A DNA stretch of 40,334 nucleotides from an uncultured bacterium. GTDB lineage: Bacteria; Hinthialibacterota; Hinthialibacteria; OLB16. Positions 1 to 8,616 of this stretch are shown here, one piece after another; the first letter of the stretch is position 1; each line of letters starts with the position of its first letter. A program made the position numbers and the translations under genes. The stretch covers positions 1 through 40,334 of the forward strand of contig CAYZUX010000023.1 in assembly GCA_964481775.1 (NCBI GenBank), written 5' to 3'. The notes under the pieces are model-generated. The model was not told the origin of the DNA and did no database searches. It saw only the letters and a program-made list of their open reading frames with translations.

Positions 1-1904
1 TCCAGGCGTTTTTTGACACGCTCGCGTGCCTCCAGGCTTTTGGTGAGGATCACCGTCTGCGCGAAGAAATCATTCTGCAACTGCACATCGAGTGGCAGAT
101 AGAACCGGATCGCCCCGCGGCCAACGTAGGAGCTCCAGTGAGAGATCTCGGGATCCCCTCGAAGGACTTCGTCCAGCTTGTGCGAGGCCCTATCAGTTGC
201 GTAAATCGAAGCGTCGTGCCTGAGCCGCATATCGACGATCAGTTCAGGCCGGTCAGAGGAGGGAAAGAATTGACTTGGCACATACGGTGCTAACGCCAGA
301 GACGCGCAGAATAAGAGTACCGTCACCGCCAGTGTCAGCTTGGAATGACGCATGGTGAAAAGCAGAAAGTGCCGGAACAGAGCCATGACCCGACCACCCT
401 TTTCGTGCTTCTCCTTGTGTTTGGATGACAACATCATCGTGCCAATGAGCGGTGAGAAGATCACTGCAACAAACCATGAGATCAGCAGGGCGATGACCAC
501 GACGGCGAAGAGCGTGAAGGTATATTCACCCGCGGAGCTTTTCGCGAAACCGATTGGTACAAAACCGAGCATTGTGACCACGGTACCGGTCAGCATGGGA
601 AAGGCCGTGGAGTTATAGGCGAAGGTCGCGGCCTGATCCGTATCCCAGCCTTCTTCCAGCTTGGTGACCATGCTCTCGATGGTGATCATGGCATCATCGA
701 CAAGCAACCCCAACGCAATGATGAGAGCCCCCAGCGAGATGCGTTGCAGATCGATCCCAAATGCCTGCATGGTGACAAAAACAATCGCCAACACCAGCGG
801 AATCGAGGTTGCCACAACCATGCCCGCTCGTATTCCCAAACTGACAAAACTAATCACAAGGACAATCGCGATCGCCTCCCATAGGGACTTTGTGAATTCG
901 TAGACAGCGTGGTGAACCACTTTGGGTTGATTGGAAACCAGGAAGGCTTTGATGCCAATCGGAAACTCGGATTTGATTTCCTCGATGGCCTGGTCCAGAT
1001 TTTTTTCGAGTGCGATGATGTCGCCACCTGAGCGCATCGAGAGCGCCAGACCAATCGCATCTTTCCCATTGACTCGGAATAATGGTTGCGGCGGGTCGGC
1101 ATAACCGCGTGTGATTGTTGCTATGTCACTCAGGCGCAGTATTTCGCCGTCGATGACGAAATTGATCTGCCTCAGGTCCTTTTCAGACTCAAACCGGCCG
1201 GACACATCCATGAGCATGGCTTCATCCTTGGTCTGGATCACACCGGAGGGGACTACGGCATTTTGGTCCACAAGCGCTTTGACCAGCTCCATGCGGTCCA
1301 TACCGAGTTCGGCCAGGCGTTGTGTCGAAAACTCAATGTAAATCCGTTCGTCCTGAGCCCCCATAATTTCCGCTTTCGCAACGTCCTTAACCTGGAGCAT
1401 GCGCGAACGGGCCTGCTCCACATAGTCGCGCAGTTCCCTGTGCGAAAATCCATCGGCCATAAAACCATAGATGATTCCATAGGTGTCGCCGAACTCGTCG
1501 TTGAAGAACGGTCCCACGATGCCTTGGGGGAGGGTTTGCTTAATATCACCAACCTTTTTTCGAACCTGATATTTGATCTCGGGAACATCCTTTTTGGGAG
1601 TGGACTCGAGCAGATAGACGAAAATGGTTGACTGTCCAGCTAACGTATAACTCTTCAGGTAATAGAGATTGGGCGTCTCCTGAAGCTTCTTCTCGATGCG
1701 ATCAGTCACCTGCTGCATTGTTTCTTCCTGGGTTGCGCCCGGCCAAAGCGTCTGGACGACTATCGTTTTAACCGTGAATTCAGGATCTTCGTTACGCCCG
1801 AGGCTCAGATACGCCCGGACCCCGGCTATGAGGCTCATCAACATGAAATAAATGACGAGTGACTTGTGGCGGATTGCCCATTCGGATAAATTGATGCCTT
1901 TCAT
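1..1904 (-). CDS. RND (HAE1/AcrB-CzcA superfamily) efflux permease, N-terminal ~634 codons; 3' part runs off the window start
   Basis: The minus-strand frame with ATG at 1904-1902 reads MKGINLSEWAIRHKSLVIYFMLMSLIAG..., a typical RND transporter N-terminus. A spot check further in (…AVVPSGVIQTKDEAMLMDV…) shows the frame stays open to position 1. It is missing from the ORF track only because it has no stop inside the window. The start overlaps the adaptor stop (ATGA, 1901-1904), the classic MFP-RND coupling. The plus-strand ORFs in 352-1631 are shadow frames. Confidence 0.8.
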   Translation of the reverse strand, partial: MKGINLSEWAIRHKSLVIYFMLMSLIAGVRAYLSLGRNEDPEFTVKTIVVQTLWPGATQEETMQQVTDRIEKKLQETPNLYYLKSYTLAGQSTIFVYLLESTPKKDVPEIKYQVRKKVGDIKQTLPQGIVGPFFNDEFGDTYGIIYGFMADGFSHRELRDYVEQARSRMLQVKDVAKAEIMGAQDERIYIEFSTQRLAELGMDRMELVKALVDQNAVVPSGVIQTKDEAMLMDVSGRFESEKDLRQINFVIDGEILRLSDIATITRGYADPPQPLFRVNGKDAIGLALSMRSGGDIIALEKNLDQAIEEIKSEFPIGIKAFLVSNQPKVVHHAVYEFTKSLWEAIAIVLVISFVSLGIRAGMVVATSIPLVLAIVFVTMQAFGIDLQRISLGALIIALGLLVDDAMITIESMVTKLEEGWDTDQAATFAYNSTAFPMLTGTVVTMLGFVPIGFAKSSAGEYTFTLFAVVVIALLISWFVAVIFSPLIGTMMLSSKHKEKHEKGGRVMALFRHFLLFTMRHSKLTLAVTVLLFCASLALAPYVPSQFFPSSDRPELIVDMRLRHDASIYATDRASHKLDEVLRGDPEISHWSSYVGRGAIRFYLPLDVQLQNDFFAQTVILTKSLEARERVKKRL

Positions 1905-3016
1905 GACGGATCTCCTAACGGATTCACGACTTGACCTTCGTGAAGTTCCTGCACTCCGGCCGTCACAACCAACTCACCGGGTTTCAGTCCATCAATTACA
2001 ATGACGGAGTTTGGTGTATAACGTTCGAGTTTGATTTCACGTAAATGAACGCATTTATCCTTGGAATCAATCACCCACACACCCGGCTTTTCCTTATACA
2101 TTGTCAGCGCTGAAGAGGGAATTTCGATCACAGGAGCGGTACGTAACTCCAAACGTCCAACCACTGTCGTCCCCAGGAGCATACTGGCAGGTGGATCAAT
2201 AAGGCCAACTTTGACCTGGTAGTTCCTTGTGATTGGGTCAGCCTGGGGAGAAATTTCACGGATATGTCCGGTAACCTTGATATCCGGATTATCTGCGAGC
2301 CAGACCTTGACTTCCTGTTTCAAACCCAGACCTTCACGGATGATCTGAGCGGGCATGCCAAATACAGCATCTTTGCCTTCTTCCCGAGCCAGTGTGAGAA
2401 TCATTTGACCCACGCGAACGACTTCACCAGGCTCTGCTCCTTTTTCAGTGATGACCCCATCCGCTTCGGATCTCAATTCCGTGTATCCCAATTGGTCGGA
2501 AGCGGATTTCAACTTGGCCTGCGCCGTGCTTACTTGTGCTTTGGCTGTCTTGTGTTGACGCAGTGCGGCCTCATATTCATCCTTGGGCTTCGCGCCCTGT
2601 TTGAGTAATTCATTAAACCGCTTTTCGTGGGCTTCCGACTGCTCAAGGACAGCTTGTGCCGCCGCGAGTTCAGCCCAGGCTGCCCTCAGCAGGTTTTGCT
2701 CCATTTCATCATCGAGCCTTGCGACAAGTTGACCTGCTTTGACCGTATCGCCGACATTTACAGATCTTTCGATCAGCTTTCCTGAAAGGCGGAAGGCCAG
2801 GTTTATCTCGTCGCGAGCACGAAGATGACCGGTTAAAATGACAGGATCTCCAACTTCACGCCTTTCGATGATGATGGAGCGGACGGGACGAGGAATTGGT
2901 GGAGATTCCATTTGCTTTTCGCACCCGCAGAGGAGCAGGGAAGTCAGGATAGTGAGAAAGGCCAGACAGCCAACGCTGGCTGATTCCTTCCCTTTGTTTT
3001 TTTTCAGAGTGTTCAT
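1901..3016 (-). CDS. RND efflux periplasmic adaptor subunit (membrane fusion protein, HlyD/AcrA family), lipoprotein
   Basis: The ORF track gives 1901..3130 (409 aa). An internal Met at 3016 gives MNTLKKNKGKESASVGCLAFLTILTSLLLCGC, a signal peptide plus lipobox, preceded by a GGAGAA-like RBS. The rest shows coiled-coil and lipoyl/beta-barrel adaptor regions typical of this family (…LAARLDDEMEQNLLRAAWAELAAAQA…). It sits directly upstream of the RND permease. Confidence 0.8.
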   Translation of the reverse strand: MNTLKKNKGKESASVGCLAFLTILTSLLLCGCEKQMESPPIPRPVRSIIIERREVGDPVILTGHLRARDEINLAFRLSGKLIERSVNVGDTVKAGQLVARLDDEMEQNLLRAAWAELAAAQAVLEQSEAHEKRFNELLKQGAKPKDEYEAALRQHKTAKAQVSTAQAKLKSASDQLGYTELRSEADGVITEKGAEPGEVVRVGQMILTLAREEGKDAVFGMPAQIIREGLGLKQEVKVWLADNPDIKVTGHIREISPQADPITRNYQVKVGLIDPPASMLLGTTVVGRLELRTAPVIEIPSSALTMYKEKPGVWVIDSKDKCVHLREIKLERYTPNSVIVIDGLKPGELVVTAGVQELHEGQVVNPLGDPS

Positions 3017-3072
3017 AGCATTCTCCAAATTCTTTCCCTGCTCTATGCAGGGATCATTGCCACCACAAAGTG

Positions 3073-3360
3073 TCAGGATCCAACAGGCAGAGCCTGGGTA
3101 ATTTCCTCCACGACGGCCAACAGCAGGCAATCATCGGCAACAAACTCGGCACCTTGCCGGTGCATCGCCGACAAGCAGGCTTCGCCCTTCGGATCGATGG
3201 AAGTCACTCCGGTCAGGTCAACGCGAAGGTTCGGTCTGCGCTGGCTGGAAAGGGTGTCTTGTAAACACTTCTGAAGTTCATGCACCCATTCACCTGCCAA
3301 ACTCCCTTCGAGTTGGAATGTGAGAGCCTGTGGGTCGTCGTGAACGGTAATTCGCAGCAT
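3073..3360 (-). CDS. STAS-domain protein (anti-sigma-factor-antagonist / SpoIIAA-like fold)
   Basis: The ORF track gives 3073..3483. An internal start at 3360 (MLRITVHDDPQALTFQLEGSLAGEWVHELQKC…LRVDLTGVTSIDPKGEACLSAM) is preceded by AGGAAAGAGGA. The pattern 'L.GEL.......L.......L.LDL..V.FIDS.G' is STAS-like. Confidence 0.5.
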   Translation of the reverse strand: MLRITVHDDPQALTFQLEGSLAGEWVHELQKCLQDTLSSQRRPNLRVDLTGVTSIDPKGEACLSAMHRQGAEFVADDCLLLAVVEEITQALPVGS

Positions 3361-3550
3361 CGTTGATCCTCTTTCCTGCACTGTGATAGGGCAGGGGGTA
3401 TGCCAACGATGCCGCCTCAGTGGTTTCGACTCATAAAGTGATGGATCGCAGGGACTTGCGGATTGGTCGGATCGAATCAGCAAGTGCTATGGAAGGGAAG
3501 TGCCACCTCTGGAGTGCCGAGTGATGGGCAGAGCTGCCCACGGGCGGGCA

Positions 3551-5098
3551 CTACTGGGGTCGAGTAATTCCGAGTCGTTTCATTTTGGCCTGCAAGGTGG
3601 TGCGCTTCATCCCCAGACGGGATGCGGCCCCCTTCGGTCCGGCCAGCACCCAACCGGTCTCGCGAAGAGCACCAAGAATGTGTTCCCGCTCAGCGTCGGC
3701 CAGGGTGCCGGGTATATTGGTTGGCGCTGGAACCTGCGTGGCCCCCTTCTCAAGATCACTGAGAGGAACCTGGAGCGATTGGCCCGGGGAGAGAATAACC
3801 GCACGCTCGATGACATTCTGCAGCTCCCGGACATTTCCCGGCCAGGGGTAGCGAACCAAGGCCTCCATGACCGGGGATGGGATAGACTCTATCCGTCGGC
3901 CCATCCGCAGAGCGAACTGATGGGTGAAGTGGCGAACCAGCCGGGGGATATCGTCCGGACGCTCCCGTAAGGGCGGCAGGACCACCGGGAAAACGTTCAG
4001 CCGGTAATAGAGATCTTCACGGAAATGGCCATCGGCGACCATCTTGGCCAAGTCTCGGTGTGTGGCCGCCACCAACCTGACATCCACCTTGATCGTCTTT
4101 GTGCCGCCGAGGCGTTCGAACTCCTGTTCCTGCAGGACGCGAAGGAGCTTGGGCTGCAGTTCTGTTGGGATGTCACCGACCTCATCGAGGAAAAGTGTGC
4201 CCCGGTGCGCCAGCTCGAACCGGCCCACTTTCTGGCTGATGGCTCCGGTAAACGCCCCCTTCTCATGGCCGAAGAGCTCGCTCTCCAGAAGGCCCATCGG
4301 AATGGCTGCGCAATTGATCTTCACGAAGGTGCGGTCACGGCAAGGACTCAGGTCGTGCAAGGCACGGGCGATGAGTTCCTTGCCTGTGCCGGTCTCCCCT
4401 CGGATCAGTACGGTTGAGCCAGTTGGTGCGACGGTTTCGACCTCCTTCAACACCCGTCGCAGTGAGACACTCTCGCCGACAACCTGTCCGAAGTGGTGCT
4501 CAGTCCGAGCCTCCTCCTCAAGATAGGCCTTCTCCTGGGCAAGCTGGTCCTTTAATGCGGTGAGCTCCTGAAAAGTCAGAGCGTTCTCGACGGCGACAGC
4601 CACCTGGTTGGCAACATGCCTCAGGAAGTCCACATTCGCCATGTCGTAGACGGATGGTTGCTTGCAAGTGAACACCAGGGCTCCCAGCCGCCGCCGGGCT
4701 GTGGTCAGGGGAAGAAAGCAAAAACTCTGAACTCCATGGGGCTGTACACGTTCCAGCAACCGCGGCCATCGACTTAGCTCGTCCACTCTCGACGTGAGGA
4801 GCGGCTGCTGGGTCCGCCACACCAACCCAGCCGGGTCCTCTTCGGGATGGAAAACTAACTCGATGGTGCCGGTGGCTTCGGTGGCCTCTAGGAGGTGCAG
4901 GCGCATCGTATTGGTCGATGCCTCGTGCAGCACCAAGGAGAGGTAATCGAATCGAGCAACCTGGCGCAGTCGAGCGGCCAAGTCATGGAACAGCTCAGAC
5001 AGGTCCCGGTGAGAGATAATCGCTTCCGAAACAGCCAGCAAGGCCTTGTATGCTTCGCTGGTGGCTGTGGCTGGTCGATTTTGTGTGAGATCACCCAT
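3551..5098 (-). CDS. Sigma-54-dependent transcriptional activator (bacterial enhancer-binding protein) with N-terminal GAF domain, AAA+ sigma-54 interaction domain and C-terminal Fis-type HTH
   Basis: Walker A GETGTGKE and the GAFTGA loop (ESELFGHEKGAFTGA) are present. The C-terminal HTH is …AASRLGMKRTTLQAKMKRLGI. The N-terminal ~180 aa are GAF-like. The ORF track starts at 5131; the internal Met at 5098 has an AGGAG RBS 6 nt upstream. Confidence 0.85.
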   Translation of the reverse strand: MGDLTQNRPATATSEAYKALLAVSEAIISHRDLSELFHDLAARLRQVARFDYLSLVLHEASTNTMRLHLLEATEATGTIELVFHPEEDPAGLVWRTQQPLLTSRVDELSRWPRLLERVQPHGVQSFCFLPLTTARRRLGALVFTCKQPSVYDMANVDFLRHVANQVAVAVENALTFQELTALKDQLAQEKAYLEEEARTEHHFGQVVGESVSLRRVLKEVETVAPTGSTVLIRGETGTGKELIARALHDLSPCRDRTFVKINCAAIPMGLLESELFGHEKGAFTGAISQKVGRFELAHRGTLFLDEVGDIPTELQPKLLRVLQEQEFERLGGTKTIKVDVRLVAATHRDLAKMVADGHFREDLYYRLNVFPVVLPPLRERPDDIPRLVRHFTHQFALRMGRRIESIPSPVMEALVRYPWPGNVRELQNVIERAVILSPGQSLQVPLSDLEKGATQVPAPTNIPGTLADAEREHILGALRETGWVLAGPKGAASRLGMKRTTLQAKMKRLGITRPQ

Positions 5099-5362
5099 CT
5101 TGACTCCTAATATAGCCGATTTGACACTCATGTGGGAATCACAAAACGATCAAGTCAAGAGTGAATCCTCAAAATCTACCGCCTTGCCTTACACTCTCCA
5201 AACTGAACCAACTGGACATCTCGCAGGAACTTGGGGAGGGAAATCACGCACGTATTGGATAAAAAAGATTCCGAATTCATGGGGACCATTTCTATCTTTG
5301 ACAGAACTGGTATTCTCGACACCGTCATTTATTCACAAATACTCAAGACGCTGTGTATAAGA

Positions 5363-8300
5363 TTATTTATAATATTCTTCGACAGATCTGATCGATGAAA
5401 AAGGCTGTTGCGGCTTCAGGCTCAAGACCATTGAGCCGTTTTGCAGGGGAACTACTTTGTTGAAAAGGCCATTTTCACTTATGCCGTTGGTCATGTAAAA
5501 TTTCTTGTTCTGCTGATTACGAGTACAGATTATCTTGACCGAGTCGGAGGTGATCTCGATATCAAAAGTGGCGCCCTGGTACTCGATATTACGTGCACCC
5601 AAGGCCGTGATACCGTGACCGGATGGGATATGTGGGGTGATGTGCAGGCCATCTGGGGCTGGATCGATGCCAAAGAAACCAAGGAAGAAGGCCGCGCCCA
5701 GAACACAAGTCTCGGGGAATTCCGAACGCATCCAGCCAACCGAACCGGCACTGCCATCCCCCTGGATAGATTCCCCATAAAACCCGATTTTCTTACTGCA
5801 TAGACGGTCTGGATCGACATATCGGCGAAGGATCGTCTGCAATCGTTCCCACGCGTTGTCAGGGTCGTAATAACGTGCACGGGTTATCACATCGAAACCC
5901 GACTCATAAAGATCTGCTCCACCATTCTGCAGCTGTATATCCCAACGCCACATAAAATTAGGGTCGCCGGGATTATAGGTTGGCCCGGCAGCCGTGCCGA
6001 TCGGGTAGGCCCACCAGGTGGTGTTATAACGGGTTGTCACCCGGGGCGCAAAGAGCCAGCGTCCGTAGATGTCGGGAACCCATGGGCAGCTCCACCACCC
6101 GACTGTGCCAACCGCGTTAGACATTTCGAGCGTATAGAAGCCGGCCTGCTGCTCATCGAAATCCAGTTCGTTAAGAGAATTATCGGAAACATTATGGAAA
6201 GTCTTGTTAGCGATAAGTTGCCCAGTCGTCTGCCGGTAGAGAGTCAGGGTAAAACTGCTGTTACTTGTATTCCAGGTAGGATTATACGAAGCAATGGCAT
6301 TAAAGGGTGCTCGTGCGTAAAAATTCTGTTTCAACTTCGCACCCGGTTGCAACTGATTTGCACTGGTACTGCCTTTATTGGGGTCCGGAATCCATTCTGG
6401 ATTGGCACCAACATACATGATCCTTACTACATTGTTCCGCGTTGCGTTGCTGTGTTGGCTCTCACCGAAATCGAGCCACCTGAAAATGGACTCAATCCGG
6501 TCGGGGTAATCGTCAGTTAAGCCAGCCTCAATGGCCTTGGTGTTGATGAAGGTGAAGCCGAAGTCGTGATCCACTCCATTGACATCGACACAGCCAATGT
6601 AGCGATTCGATCCATCACGATCCAGGTTGGTCCGCCAGAAGGTTTGGTTGTATTTCTGCCGTACAAGTCTAAGTTGATCAGAATAGTATTTGGCCATGGA
6701 ATGATTATCCATGTAATCCTCCAAGTCAGCCATTGCACGAAGGCAAAGGTAGTATTCCGCGTTGGTATAAGCGTCCTTATATCCAAAGGGGAGGATATCA
6801 TAGTAGTTGCTGCCGACATCGGTGGCATGGCGCGCCCCGTGATCGGTCGATCCGGTGTTGGATCCCAGTACCAGCAGGTTCTGCGTGGCTCCAAGGAGGG
6901 TTTCCTGCTGGTAATTCATCAATGTACGGCAGCGGTCGATAATGTTCTGGACCGGGTGGCCATCTTTGTAAGCCTGGCCACCGGTATAGGCATCCGTAGC
7001 TGATCCCCACCATCCAATCATTCCACTGCCCTGAGACATTTCAAGATAATATGGGCCAGCTGGTTGCTGCGGGAAAGAAAGATAATTGAAGGCATTGTCA
7101 ACACAATGGGTGAAGACTTTGCTTGTTATCACGGTTCCCCCTGGATGGGTGTAGAGTGTCAGTGTGAAGGAAGAGTCGGTCATGGCCCAGGTTGGATTTT
7201 GCGAAGCCACTCGTGTAAACGGGGCTGTGGCCGTAAAGGTCTGCCCAAGGGTGCTGCCCGAAGTCAACTGGGCCGGAATGCTGATGCTTGCAGGGGGAGG
7301 GGATTGCACAATGTTACCATTACCATAATCCACCAGAATCACCTGGTCGCCAGTGCCAGAGAGTAGAAAACTCTTGTCGCCGGACCACATGGCATAACGC
7401 CAGATTGCGGCAATATAGATGGCATTTGTGTTGAAATGACGCGTATCTTTACCACCAGGGAAAGGCCAGCCACGTTCAGATCCCCAAACATAGGCCAGTC
7501 CATAATGACCGTAGCCATCATCACCGATGACCCAGTTCATGATCCCATTGAGCAGCCCGTCACGATAGGAATTATTCATGAAGCTGCCCGCTCGCATGCT
7601 CCAATCCGACCAGATACCGGCGTTGGGCCCATACCAGAACACCGAGTGTTGGAAGAGTTCGGTCAGTAGACTGCTGGCGTTGTACGTGACCGCCGGGTCC
7701 GAGAGTGCATTGATGGAGACATCAGGACGGACATAGAATTCCGGAAGTGGTTTATTGCCATCCAGGCTGGTGGAATAGGATTTTGGCAAAACTTTGAATG
7801 TAGTGCTAGCGGAGGAGCCTGCGCGCCCCTCGTTGACCAACGTTAGCTTACTTGTTTGAGGGAGGACGTTCGTAGGAGCGTGGCTGCAATTGAAGATGAC
7901 ATCATTGACCAGCCGCCCCCGGCAGTAAGTGCGTGTCCAGCCCAGGCTGAGTAATTGAGCAGCGCTCTTCTTGAAATGTTCGACCGGTCGATAGCTGCCA
8001 TTAGCTGTGTTGTAGAAGCTTTCAAAGGGCATCTCAAGAGTTTGGTTAGGATTGTAGTTTTGGCCGGTTGCGCGTTGATAAAATCCGTCATCCAAATAAA
8101 CCAGGTCCCATTCATGGCGGATTGTGTGTGCTCCGGAAAAGGTCAACCTCTCCGTCATAATGTTGCCGTTAAGTGTCACCGTTAGTATGGTTCCCTGGGG
8201 TAGGCCAGTAACAACTATTTGATTGCCTTGGATCGTTGCCACGGCTCCCTGACTGGTTAATAAGGTGCCATCAATAAGATAACCCAGATGGCCTGAGTCA

Positions 8301-8551
8301 GCGATCGTGTTGGAGGCGTATTGGCCCTGCCCCAATGCATCCAAACGGAAATCGTTAATCAGACCAGCTGAACCGGAAAGCTGGAAATATCCATTGGAAA
8401 TTGTAAACGATTCGGACTTGTTTCCAGTAGAGGAGGTTAATTCAGCAGCTTGAGGGTTGACCTGGATGGGGTTGGCGGCATCAGATTTGGAATGGTGGAG
8501 CAATACAATGGCCGCAAGGAGTATGAAAGATACCAGGAACCGTTGAAGCAT
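5363..8551 (-). CDS. Very large secreted protein (~1060 aa), carbohydrate-active-enzyme-like, with two internal homologous ~90-aa modules
   Basis: The ORF track gives 5363..8674. The Met at 8551 gives the signal-peptide-like MLQRFLVSFILLAAIVLLHHS and avoids overlap with the upstream gene. The product is Asn/Thr/Gly-rich. An internal repeat APFTRVASQNPTWAMTDSSFTLTLY… / APFNAIASYNPTWNTSNSSFTLTLY… flanks a central domain with (alpha/alpha)6-glycosidase-like motifs. Confidence 0.55.
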   Translation of the reverse strand: MLQRFLVSFILLAAIVLLHHSKSDAANPIQVNPQAAELTSSTGNKSESFTISNGYFQLSGSAGLINDFRLDALGQGQYASNTIADSGHLGYLIDGTLLTSQGAVATIQGNQIVVTGLPQGTILTVTLNGNIMTERLTFSGAHTIRHEWDLVYLDDGFYQRATGQNYNPNQTLEMPFESFYNTANGSYRPVEHFKKSAAQLLSLGWTRTYCRGRLVNDVIFNCSHAPTNVLPQTSKLTLVNEGRAGSSASTTFKVLPKSYSTSLDGNKPLPEFYVRPDVSINALSDPAVTYNASSLLTELFQHSVFWYGPNAGIWSDWSMRAGSFMNNSYRDGLLNGIMNWVIGDDGYGHYGLAYVWGSERGWPFPGGKDTRHFNTNAIYIAAIWRYAMWSGDKSFLLSGTGDQVILVDYGNGNIVQSPPPASISIPAQLTSGSTLGQTFTATAPFTRVASQNPTWAMTDSSFTLTLYTHPGGTVITSKVFTHCVDNAFNYLSFPQQPAGPYYLEMSQGSGMIGWWGSATDAYTGGQAYKDGHPVQNIIDRCRTLMNYQQETLLGATQNLLVLGSNTGSTDHGARHATDVGSNYYDILPFGYKDAYTNAEYYLCLRAMADLEDYMDNHSMAKYYSDQLRLVRQKYNQTFWRTNLDRDGSNRYIGCVDVNGVDHDFGFTFINTKAIEAGLTDDYPDRIESIFRWLDFGESQHSNATRNNVVRIMYVGANPEWIPDPNKGSTSANQLQPGAKLKQNFYARAPFNAIASYNPTWNTSNSSFTLTLYRQTTGQLIANKTFHNVSDNSLNELDFDEQQAGFYTLEMSNAVGTVGWWSCPWVPDIYGRWLFAPRVTTRYNTTWWAYPIGTAAGPTYNPGDPNFMWRWDIQLQNGGADLYESGFDVITRARYYDPDNAWERLQTILRRYVDPDRLCSKKIGFYGESIQGDGSAGSVGWMRSEFPETCVLGAAFFLGFFGIDPAPDGLHITPHIPSGHGITALGARNIEYQGATFDIEITSDSVKIICTRNQQNKKFYMTNGISENGLFNKVVPLQNGSMVLSLKPQQPFSSIRSVEEYYK

Positions 8552-8616
8552 TGCAGTTTTTGTTAGTCCTGCAGTGTTAAAGTCTCCTTGGGTACCCTTT
8601 AAGCTCGACGCTAAGA

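Noticed and set aside
352-1631. Plus-strand ORFs (88, 80, 181, 76 aa) and short minus ORFs in other frames within 1-1900
   Set aside because: They lie antisense to, or out of frame with, the long open RND-permease frame (minus strand, start 1904). They have no recognisable domains and are shadow ORFs.
3490-3505. Sigma-54 -24/-12-like element TGGCAC-N5-TTCCA on the minus strand upstream of the STAS gene
   Set aside because: The -24 GG/GC half is good, but the -12 element lacks the conserved GC dinucleotide (TTCCA instead of TTGCA). It is too weak to call without a matrix scan.
2264-4526. Multiple 60-160-aa ORFs on the plus strand inside the adaptor and sigma-54 activator genes (for example 2264..2608, 4025..4417, 4044..4526)
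   Set aside because: They are antisense or overlapping frames within GC-rich genes with strong domain evidence on the other strand. They are typical GC-rich shadow ORFs.
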